Source of the DNA: an uncultured Gammaproteobacteria bacterium
GTDB taxonomy: Bacteria > Patescibacteriota > Patescibacteriia > Patescibacteriales > UBA12465
Assembly (NCBI GenBank): GCA_964355275.1
Contig: CAYHCB010000005.1
Span: 4,325-68,324 of the forward strand
DNA: 64,000 nt
Direction: 5' to 3'
Part shown: positions 56,527 to 64,000 of the stretch, piece by piece
Numbering within the stretch: position 1 is the first letter of the stretch
Layout: the number at the start of each line of letters is the position of its first letter
The notes under the pieces: model-generated
What the model was told of the DNA's origin: nothing
Databases searched by the model: none
Seen by the model: only the letters and a program-made list of their open reading frames with translations
Translations under genes and position numbers: made by a program

Positions 56527-56985
56527 TTAAAACTGAATAATACTGTTTACTGCTAAAACCGCCCCTGCCCCCAAAAGACAACCAGCCATTTTCCCCACCG
56601 CTGATTTAAGCATGGTTCTTTCTTCCACTACCAATTTTATTCTTAATTTCTCCGCCATATGCCCTTCAAATATACCAGCAATGCCATCGGTTATCGCATT
56701 ACCGACTACTCCGCCGATAATAGCCCCGGTTACACCCGCAAAATGGCCACCAAAGATAGCTAGAATAGCTAAAATTCCGTTGTCTATTATACCAAAAAAA
56801 ATGTCTGGTAAAACTGACTTTAAATTAACTTTAAAGGGGATAAGAGAGGCCAGACAAAGAAAAGATAAACCAATTAAAACAAGGCCCATCCACTTATCGT
56901 CCTCCACAAATGAAATACTAACAGCCGCAATAACGATGCAAAGAGTTATAATATTTAGAATTGATAAAACAAAATTTTTGCGCAT
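56527..56985 (-). CDS. Small Gly-rich membrane protein, distantly VIT1/TMEM65-like
   Basis: DIFFGIIDNG and GN.ITDG intramembrane Asp/Asn motifs. Confidence 0.6.
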   Translation of the reverse strand: MRKNFVLSILNIITLCIVIAAVSISFVEDDKWMGLVLIGLSFLCLASLIPFKVNLKSVLPDIFFGIIDNGILAILAIFGGHFAGVTGAIIGGVVGNAITDGIAGIFEGHMAEKLRIKLVVEERTMLKSAVGKMAGCLLGAGAVLAVNSIIQF

Positions 56986-57102
56986 AGATTTTTAAATTAT
57001 TTTATTTTTATTTATATTTATAGAATAACATAGCCACCTCAAGATATCCACCGCTAATCTTATTTTATATTTTTAGATGTTTTCTAGGGTTTATATTATC
57101 TA

Positions 57103-57131
57103 TTGACTTTTTATCATAAAACTGTTATTAT
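57103..57131 (+). promoter_or_regulatory. Promoter TTGACT-17-TATTAT with extended TG
   Basis: -35 at 57103-57108, -10 at 57126-57131. Confidence 0.65.
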
Positions 57132-57158
57132 TTATAGTTCCCGTTCGTTGACAAGTAA

Positions 57159-57243
57159 TTTCTAAAAATTAATAAATTATTGGATTTTCTTTGTTTTTTT
57201 ATAAAGGCAGAGATAATCCAGTAATTATTCATTTTATTAGAAA
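57159..57243 (+). repeat. 85-nt hairpin in the leader of the 57261 gene
   Basis: Nested stems TTTCTAA/TTAGAAA, AATTATTGGATT/AATCCAGTAATT and TCTTTGTTTT/AAGGCAGAGA. Confidence 0.8.
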
Positions 57244-57260
57244 CCAATAAATAATAGCAA

Positions 57261-59510
57261 ATGACAGAGAAACACCAAAAAACGGCCAAGAAATTTCAGG
57301 AATTTCTGGCTACCAGGTTGAGAGAGGTTGAAACTTCCAAAGTGGAACTAACCTCCTTCCCTTATGGCAAAGATGAAGCAAGCCAAAAAGAAAAAATGGC
57401 GATGACCGTGGCCCTCATTTTCTGGAAATTTCTGCGGAAGCTTTCGGAAAATATGCCCCATTACACTTACACCCAAAAAGAAAAAAGAAAATTCATCGCT
57501 GCCTTTATGGCTGAAAGTCCGTTAATTAAAGAAAACCGGCTTGCCAAAACTGTAGCCATGATTGAATCTTTACCGACCCTTATCTGGCGCAAGCTTCTTT
57601 GGCGGGAAAACATTGATTTTTCAGATTACGAACCCTGCCTCAGACGACTCAGCGAAGAGCAAAGAAAAGAAATCGAAAACAATTATCACGATCTATTTTC
57701 CAACGAATACCCAATGACGCCACGAGTTTTAAAAAAATCATGGCGCGACCGTATCAAATTATTTTTTGGCATCATATCCGTAAAAAAAATCCTGGAGAGT
57801 GACTACCAAGAGCAGGAGCGTAAACAGAGTAAAGGCGCTTATGCCTTCAGTTTGCTCGGCCTCGATTTCGGATTCAGTTTGTACCCCAAAGGAGACAACA
57901 ATGATACCAAAATAACCAACAAAAAATACACCCGGTTTTTCTCGGTAAAAGAACACATCAACGATTTCATCGTAAACAAAGAAGACGGAAAATATTGGTG
58001 GCTCTACAAAACAGCGAGATCAAATTATGCGATCAACCCCGGAAATGAAGTTAAAATGAGAGATCATGTTTGCCCCGGTTTCTGGTTAACACTTATTTTG
58101 CATTTCTTATTTTGGATTGTCTCACCGATTGCTTTAGTTGCTACTGGAATAGTTATCGCCGAAAATGGACTTACTCCACTGGCTTTAATTCCGGCCGCTT
58201 TCGCCTTTACCATGATTATCTGGAGTGTGATCGCAGTTATTCGGACAATAGCGAACTTTTCCAACAAATTAATAGTTAAAAGTAAAATAGTAAAGGTATT
58301 CGTTATTACAATTCTGGTAACTTTCCTAATCTGCCTGGTTGGAGTAATTATTTACTACGTTTCCACCTTCCTGTGGGCCTGCGTTGTTTACTTGGCTCCA
58401 ATTTGTGGATCACTGTTAGCCGTTTTGTTTATACTGGCTGCCATTTTCTACATTATATTTTTCTTTACCTGTGTAATAACTTCCGACCCGGCATTTGAGT
58501 ATAATGATGTTCCAAAATTCATGCGCGCCTTACTACACCTAGCTGTTTTCAGTTTCGCGGTAGTGATGTTTGATAAATTCTTAGCTGAGCATGTTATCAG
58601 CGCTATCATTTTTGTCGCTCAAGGATTTTGGGGTTGGTACACATCTGACTTACTACTGTCTAATTGGTTTATCTTGGCTATCGGATTTTTTGGGTTATTC
58701 ATGTATTTTTACAACATGTTCCTAACCGATGAAAAAAGATTTACTGGTTTTCGGAAAACATTTACCTGGCTTAGCAGAGGGTTTCTGTCATTAACAGTGA
58801 TTGTTTTTGTCTCCCTATTTCTAAAATCAGGAAACGTTGATTTTGTTGAATTTGGCATAATTCCCGCCTTAGCAGCTTCTCTTATTTTTCTAGCATTTGG
58901 TTTTTCCCTGTTAATGCTAGAACAAGTAACCCCTGATAACATCGATGAAAGAATGATGGCTTCAGAGTTTATAAATAAGATAAATAGCAAAATCACTGGC
59001 CTATCCTATAAAGGTTACATCTCTAAAATTATGGGGAGTAAATGGTTACTGCCGCTGGCAAAAGAAGAAAGATGGCAAATGATTTATCAAATTGAAGCAA
59101 TCGCCTTCGATCTTTTTAAAGAAAGCCGGAGCTACCGCACCAGTTTTATCGATTTAATGATAAGTAAAGGGAGCATAGCTTTAGTTAAGACTCTTTCTTT
59201 GAGCCGCGAAAATATAGAGATAAACTCTTACAATGAAAAAGAAACTTTTAAAACGGTTAAAATGATTGTTGAAGGTTTCACGATTCAACAAGCTTTCGTG
59301 GCTATTTCAGCCAGAAGAAGCGCTTACCGGGAGTTTTCCCATCGTGCCGAGATTGTAATTGACGGAATAATTTATCCGTTTGTTAAAATTTATGAGGCTA
59401 TTTCCTGGGTGTGCAGAAAAATAAAACAATTCTTTTGCACCTTAAAAGACTTATGGGACTTCTTCAACAAAAGATGCCCGTTCGTTTCTCAACCACGTTA
59501 TCTAGATTAA
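57261..59510 (+). CDS. Large hypothetical polytopic membrane protein
   Basis: 749 aa: soluble N-domain, about 9 TMs, helical C-domain; CPGFW and terminal RCPF motifs. Confidence 0.8.
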   Translation: MTEKHQKTAKKFQEFLATRLREVETSKVELTSFPYGKDEASQKEKMAMTVALIFWKFLRKLSENMPHYTYTQKEKRKFIAAFMAESPLIKENRLAKTVAMIESLPTLIWRKLLWRENIDFSDYEPCLRRLSEEQRKEIENNYHDLFSNEYPMTPRVLKKSWRDRIKLFFGIISVKKILESDYQEQERKQSKGAYAFSLLGLDFGFSLYPKGDNNDTKITNKKYTRFFSVKEHINDFIVNKEDGKYWWLYKTARSNYAINPGNEVKMRDHVCPGFWLTLILHFLFWIVSPIALVATGIVIAENGLTPLALIPAAFAFTMIIWSVIAVIRTIANFSNKLIVKSKIVKVFVITILVTFLICLVGVIIYYVSTFLWACVVYLAPICGSLLAVLFILAAIFYIIFFFTCVITSDPAFEYNDVPKFMRALLHLAVFSFAVVMFDKFLAEHVISAIIFVAQGFWGWYTSDLLLSNWFILAIGFFGLFMYFYNMFLTDEKRFTGFRKTFTWLSRGFLSLTVIVFVSLFLKSGNVDFVEFGIIPALAASLIFLAFGFSLLMLEQVTPDNIDERMMASEFINKINSKITGLSYKGYISKIMGSKWLLPLAKEERWQMIYQIEAIAFDLFKESRSYRTSFIDLMISKGSIALVKTLSLSRENIEINSYNEKETFKTVKMIVEGFTIQQAFVAISARRSAYREFSHRAEIVIDGIIYPFVKIYEAISWVCRKIKQFFCTLKDLWDFFNKRCPFVSQPRYLD

Positions 59511-59537
59511 AGATTAAATTAATATTTAGCCACTTAG

Positions 59538-59565
59538 AGCCCGTTTCACAAGAGACGGGTTTTTT
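59538..59565 (+). terminator. Intrinsic terminator
   Basis: AGCCCGTTTC-acaa-GAGACGGGTT followed by a T-run. Confidence 0.85.
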
Positions 59566-59576
59566 CTTTATAAAAC

Positions 59577-59603
59577 AAAAAAGATGGCCAAATAACCATC
59601 TTT
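59577..59603 (-). terminator. Probable terminator of the PAS gene
   Basis: AAAGATGG...CCATCTTT. Confidence 0.6.
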
Positions 59604-59617
59604 AATTTTCGCTAACT

Positions 59618-60520
59618 TTATAAATTTGAGGATTTTTTTTGCTTTAAAATTTCTTCTTTAAGTTCCACCATCTTAAGTTCCCTGTCTATCATAAGCTTAT
59701 TCATCTTTTCTAACTCGGCTAATTTTTCTTTTAAATTATCTTCTGTCTTTTTTCGATCGGAAATATTTTCTAGCGTGGCAACCATATAATCAATAATACC
59801 ATCCGCTTGTTTAACGCAGCCCACTTCTAAATTTACCCAAATAATTGTTTTATCTTTACAAATAAAACGTTTTTCTAGATAATAGTCATCTATTTCACCA
59901 GCAATCATTCTATCAAATTGCTCTTCATCTTTTAGAATATCATCAGGATGTGTTATTTCCGTCCAGGTCATCTTTAGGAGTTCCTCACGAGTATAACCAA
60001 ACATTGAACATATTTTATCGTTAACTTCAATCCAAATCTTTTTTGGAGAGGTAATAGCGATACCATGTAGCGGCATATTAAAATAACTACGAAAACGAGA
60101 CTCACTTTTCTTTAACTCATTAATTTTATTCCTTTGTTCGGTGATATCAGTGTGGACCGAAACTATAATTTTTCCATATTCAAGATAATTAAACATCGAA
60201 ACATTAGCGTGGCACCAAAAATGCGTTCCGTCTTTTTTTATATTTTCCACTTCACCGCTCCATTTTTTATTTTTTTTAAGGATATCCACGATAGCATTTT
60301 TTATCTCGGCTGATGTTTTATCCGTTGGAGCATTCACCATAGATACGTCTTTACCAATCATTTCTCCGGGATTATAGCCAAACATTTTTTCAAATTTTTC
60401 GTTCGCATAAATAATAAGGCCATCCTCCTGATTAATAATATAAACGCCTTCAGAGAGATTTTTTAGCACCTCGATCATAATGGTGGGATCTTCAGTAATA
60501 TTTTTTATAGCATTCTTCAT
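59618..60520 (-). CDS. Tandem PAS/PAC domain protein with no output domain
   Basis: Two PAS-PAC units (YAN..FE.MFGY, KKDGT.FW, DITE; THPDD, NISDRK) followed by a coiled coil. Confidence 0.9.
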   Translation of the reverse strand: MKNAIKNITEDPTIMIEVLKNLSEGVYIINQEDGLIIYANEKFEKMFGYNPGEMIGKDVSMVNAPTDKTSAEIKNAIVDILKKNKKWSGEVENIKKDGTHFWCHANVSMFNYLEYGKIIVSVHTDITEQRNKINELKKSESRFRSYFNMPLHGIAITSPKKIWIEVNDKICSMFGYTREELLKMTWTEITHPDDILKDEEQFDRMIAGEIDDYYLEKRFICKDKTIIWVNLEVGCVKQADGIIDYMVATLENISDRKKTEDNLKEKLAELEKMNKLMIDRELKMVELKEEILKQKKSSNL

Positions 60521-60640
60521 ATTTTTATATTATTAATTTTAAATTGATATTTTAATTATACTATATAGCTATCAGCTTATATAATCCTTTAAAAAAAAAT
60601 AAGCAATATTAAAGGCTATTTTGCATCCTCATACATTTAT

Positions 60641-61348
60641 TTAGTGACTAACAAAAATATCTTGCAACCAAATTTTATCTGGCTGTCTAAGCATAAAAGC
60701 AACGACATCCGCTAAATCAGCTGGGTCGGTAAAATCTTTAGTGGAAAAATTGTCACCAGCTTTTTTAAACATATCAGTGTCAATACCGCCTTGATATAAA
60801 CCAGCGACTTTGACCTTAGTATCCTTTAAATCTAAACGAAGAACCTCGGTAAACCCTCTAGCTCCATACTTACTGGCTGTATAAACAGATTGCCCTGCCT
60901 GCGCAACTACTCCAGATTTTGAAACAATATTTATAATGGCCGCTTCTTTCCTTTTTTTTAAAATAGGGACAAATAACCTGGTAACATTAATAAGGGCAAT
61001 TAGATTAGTGCCAATAACACTATCAATAATTTTTTTATCTATTTTTTCAACTGGTGCAAATTTTTGCCAAATCCCAGCGTTATTAATAAGAATATCAATT
61101 ATCTTAAAATCAGAAACAATAAGTTTTACGGTTTTTTCTAAATCTTCATTTTTTAAAATATCACAAACATAGGTTTCCACTTTAATAGCCCCTAATTTTT
61201 TAGATTCATCCGCCACCTCTTTTAGTCTTTTTTTATTTCGACCTATTAAAGCTAAACTAACACCTTCCCTTGAAAGTCTAAGTGATATTTGTTTCCCGAT
61301 ACCAGCGCTTGCCCCAGTTATCACAATTATTTTATTTTTTAAATTCAT
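60641..61348 (-). CDS. SDR family oxidoreductase
   Basis: ITGASAGIG, INNAG and YTASK. Confidence 0.95.
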   Translation of the reverse strand: MNLKNKIIVITGASAGIGKQISLRLSREGVSLALIGRNKKRLKEVADESKKLGAIKVETYVCDILKNEDLEKTVKLIVSDFKIIDILINNAGIWQKFAPVEKIDKKIIDSVIGTNLIALINVTRLFVPILKKRKEAAIINIVSKSGVVAQAGQSVYTASKYGARGFTEVLRLDLKDTKVKVAGLYQGGIDTDMFKKAGDNFSTKDFTDPADLADVVAFMLRQPDKIWLQDIFVSH

Positions 61349-61402
61349 ATTTTAATTTTTATTTTTTGTATTTTTATAAAAATATGTTAAACGGCTTTTA
61401 TC

Positions 61403-61456
61403 TTAAGAGCCAATTACTTCATCATTTTCATTAACTATATTTAAAACTTCTTTCAT
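61403..61456 (-). pseudogene. Remnant 5' end of an IDI-type NUDIX gene
   Basis: MKEVLNIVNENDEVIGS-stop, resembling the E.L.IV.E.D..IG start of that family. Confidence 0.55.
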
Positions 61457-61538
61457 ATTTTATTATTTTAAACTCTATTATAGTATTAATAATAACACGC
61501 CATTTTAAAACACTAAAATTCTTATATGAAAACAGCCC

Positions 61539-62093
61539 TTAAACAGGACTGCTTTTGGTGTCTAAATTTATTTCACCGTTATATTGTTTGCTAAAAATTT
61601 TACCGGTATATTTTTGTAAATCACTTAATCCTGGTTGTTGATATTTTTCTGACTGGGAAAAGAATATTTTAGAGACAAAGTCTTTTTCTATTAGCTTGTC
61701 GAAAAATTGACATTCATCTAAATCACCTGAAAAAATAACTAATTTTAAATCTTTTACAGCTTCAAATATTTTTTGACTATAATTATCAATATTTTTTATT
61801 AAAATTATTCTCTCTGCTAAATCTGGAATACTTTTTATTGTCTCAAGAAAAGCATCTTCTTCACCTGATTCAATAATAATAGCATCTTCTGTGTTACCGC
61901 CAAGCTGTTTTCTAAATTCTTCTTTAGCGGCCGGATAAGCAGAAAAAAATAAAACTTTATAGCCACTTTCCAGTAACTTAACTAATAAATATATACTAAA
62001 AAATGAAGACCCGGTTTTGCAAGCTCCAGAAATTAGCATCGGAAAACTATCTAATCCAAAATTTAATTTTTGATTGTTCAGTAATATGCTCAT
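61539..62093 (-). CDS. Hypothetical protein with a degenerate P-loop (RecA/KaiC-like)
   Basis: MLISGACKTGSS with the Walker A Lys replaced, then a hydrophobic strand KVLFFS. Confidence 0.55.
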   Translation of the reverse strand: MSILLNNQKLNFGLDSFPMLISGACKTGSSFFSIYLLVKLLESGYKVLFFSAYPAAKEEFRKQLGGNTEDAIIIESGEEDAFLETIKSIPDLAERIILIKNIDNYSQKIFEAVKDLKLVIFSGDLDECQFFDKLIEKDFVSKIFFSQSEKYQQPGLSDLQKYTGKIFSKQYNGEINLDTKSSPV

Positions 62094-62113
62094 ATGCAGT
62101 TAAAATAGTAATT

Positions 62114-63094
62114 TTATAAAATCATGTTAAATAAATACCCCATTAGTATGATGCCAATAATAGTAATACCAAAAAATATTGTTAGCAACTGCCAACGCAT
62201 AACTTTCTTTAGAATTAAGGCCTCAGGAAGTGATAATGTCACAATAGCGGTCATAAAAGCTAAAACTGTACCCAACGGAGCTCCTTTACTTACTAAAGCC
62301 TCTAATATTGGAAGGACAGTAACAGAGTTCGCGTAAAGTGGAGCTCCTAAAATAACAGCCATCGGAACCGTCCACCAAGCTTTAGCTGACAAATAATATT
62401 CAATAAGGCTAGCTGGAATAAATCCATGAATTATTGCGCCCACGCCAACACCTAAAATTACATACGGAAAAATTTGTTTAGTTATTTTTAGACCATCTTG
62501 CCAAAAATACTTAATAAGTTTTTTAAATGGAACACTTTTTCCTCCATTGTCACTCTCCACCTGAACTTTCGATTTATATTTTAATAATACCGGTAATACA
62601 TATTTTTCTAATTTTAATTTCTGGATTAGCATGCCGCCTGATACTGCTATTACTAATCCAAATAAATTATAGAGAATAGTAACTTTCATGCCAAACATTG
62701 CCGGAAAAAGATATAAAGATGATTCATTTATAAGAGGTGAACTTATTAAAAATGCAAAAGTGATCCCTAGTGGTATACCTGCTCCCATAAAACCAACAAA
62801 AAGAGGAATGGAAGAACAAGAACAAAATGGAGTAACAATACCTAATAAAGCAGCCATTAAATAATTTAACCCAAACCAACGTTTTTTAGTTAAAATATCT
62901 CTAGCTCTTTCCATGGGGAAATAATAACGAGTCATCGCCATTACATAATTAATAACCAAAAGGAGTAGGCCAATTTTTATCGTATCATAGATGAAAAAAT
63001 TTATACTACTTGCTAAAAAAGAATCTTTAGCTAAACCAATTAAATTATAGCTAACAAAATCGGCTAACCATTGTATGGGGTAAAAAATATTCAT
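62114..63094 (-). CDS. ArsP/DUF318-family permease
   Basis: TPFCSCSSIPLF, FLISSPL and LSLPE. Confidence 0.9.
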   Translation of the reverse strand: MNIFYPIQWLADFVSYNLIGLAKDSFLASSINFFIYDTIKIGLLLLVINYVMAMTRYYFPMERARDILTKKRWFGLNYLMAALLGIVTPFCSCSSIPLFVGFMGAGIPLGITFAFLISSPLINESSLYLFPAMFGMKVTILYNLFGLVIAVSGGMLIQKLKLEKYVLPVLLKYKSKVQVESDNGGKSVPFKKLIKYFWQDGLKITKQIFPYVILGVGVGAIIHGFIPASLIEYYLSAKAWWTVPMAVILGAPLYANSVTVLPILEALVSKGAPLGTVLAFMTAIVTLSLPEALILKKVMRWQLLTIFFGITIIGIILMGYLFNMIL

Positions 63095-63144
63095 AGTTTA
63101 TTAATTATAACATGACAGTAAAAAGTGATACACTCTCTACAAAA

Positions 63145-63168
63145 AATAGTCCCAACTTAGGACTATTT
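63145..63168 (-). terminator. Probable terminator hairpin
   Basis: AATAGTCC-caactta-GGACTATT(T). Confidence 0.6.
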
Positions 63169-63217
63169 ACAAAACATAAGGAGACTTAATTAGAATAAAA
63201 TTTAATAAACTGACATC

Positions 63218-63811
63218 CTATTTTTTAATACACTCGCTTACACCAGGGTACGTTTCGTAAAGAATACCTGAACACTCCATTAAACCTTCAATATCAACAT
63301 CTTTATTTTCAAAATATGGTTTATTATTAATTAACCAGGCACCGATTCTAGCTGGATGGATGAAATTAAGACTTAAACTCTGAAATCCCCCCTTAGACAT
63401 GTCCCAATGATAAATAAGAGATAGAGCATCTTTATCTTTTGTCTTAAAATAATAATAAATAACACTGCCGCCATCATTAAAATGGCTTAAGCCAATTAAT
63501 TTCCAACCATTTTTTAATAAAGAATCATTAATCTCCTCCGGCCAGTTAAATTTTACTGGCATGATGACTATTTCTTGGCCTTGCATTAGACTTTTATCTA
63601 TTTGTTCCAGTGAAAGAGGAAAAGGAAAATTATTACCTGATTTATCAAAAGAAGTAAGTGCGGGATTAGAAATAACAATTTTTTCTTTCCCTATATCGTC
63701 TGATTTAGATATTTTGAGAAATAAAGTAAGAAAAATAATAGTTAAAGCTATAACAAGAAATAGGCTTACGGCAAAAATAAAAACTTTTTTTAATGGTTTA
63801 TTACTAATCAT
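63218..63811 (-). CDS. Hypothetical membrane-anchored protein
   Basis: Single N-terminal TM; C-terminal Cys pair. Confidence 0.7.
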   Translation of the reverse strand: MISNKPLKKVFIFAVSLFLVIALTIIFLTLFLKISKSDDIGKEKIVISNPALTSFDKSGNNFPFPLSLEQIDKSLMQGQEIVIMPVKFNWPEEINDSLLKNGWKLIGLSHFNDGGSVIYYYFKTKDKDALSLIYHWDMSKGGFQSLSLNFIHPARIGAWLINNKPYFENKDVDIEGLMECSGILYETYPGVSECIKK

Positions 63812-64000
63812 ATAAAAATACCTTAATGTTATTTATATACTCATTATAACAATAAATCTGATAATTATACATGATACTCTGCGTCTATTAAAATGGCCTA
63901 AGATTTATAGACTATTTACAGTCTACCGTTAATACTTGATTTTAAACACCAATAAAAAACAATTTTTGTCTTATTTTTGAAAAAACAATTTATAAGATAT

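Noticed and set aside
3461-63815. Short ORF-track entries overlapping longer genes (3461, 3492, 5158, 9385, 9441, 11610, 12081, 19341, 21712, 25848, 26246, 28963, 29898, 31286, 40904, 41049, 42787, 44977, 56612, 57759, 58064, 58070, 58709, 59411, 60936, 62124, 63561)
   Set aside because: They are antisense or alternate-frame shadows of well-supported genes, with no motifs or expression signals of their own.
1-64000. tRNA, rRNA, tmRNA, CRISPR arrays and IS elements
   Set aside because: No intergenic region shows a cloverleaf or T-loop signature, regular repeat-spacer units or a transposase ORF. This was checked by eye only.

Overview
AT-rich bacterial chromosome segment, most likely from a Patescibacteria/CPR (Parcubacteria, Falkowbacteria-like) genome. 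This is inferred from the compact housekeeping synteny, the near absence of Shine-Dalgarno sites and CPR-type hypothetical proteins. Contents: housekeeping genes (PfkB kinase, mreBCD, proS, ruvA, U32, htpX-SPFH-lemA, ileS, secA, hpf, rseP, frr, holB); a nucleotide house-cleaning gene run downstream of secA; two solo BRO-N genes; a ~23 kb surface-glycan locus (GDP-fucose, dTDP-3-amino sugar, and a pseudaminic-acid pathway with amidino and formyl tailoring but no PseG/PseH); a stand-alone Cys-free rpsD; and several orphan genes that each have their own promoter, leader and terminator. Strongest observations: (1) both BRO-N paralogs carry a DNA palindrome on the same codon axis whose six inner base pairs all differ yet stay complementary; (2) a 12-strand outer-membrane-type beta-barrel with a Bacteroidota-style signal peptide in an apparently monoderm lineage; (3) a class of orphan expression units with TATTGAC consensus promoters and long hairpin leaders; (4) a PseF-DUF218 fusion where PseG is missing; (5) a leaderless BldC/Xis-like regulator with 10-bp-phased repeats heading the glycan operon. 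No rRNA, tRNA, CRISPR array or transposase was seen. All family calls come from motif recognition by eye; no database searches were run.
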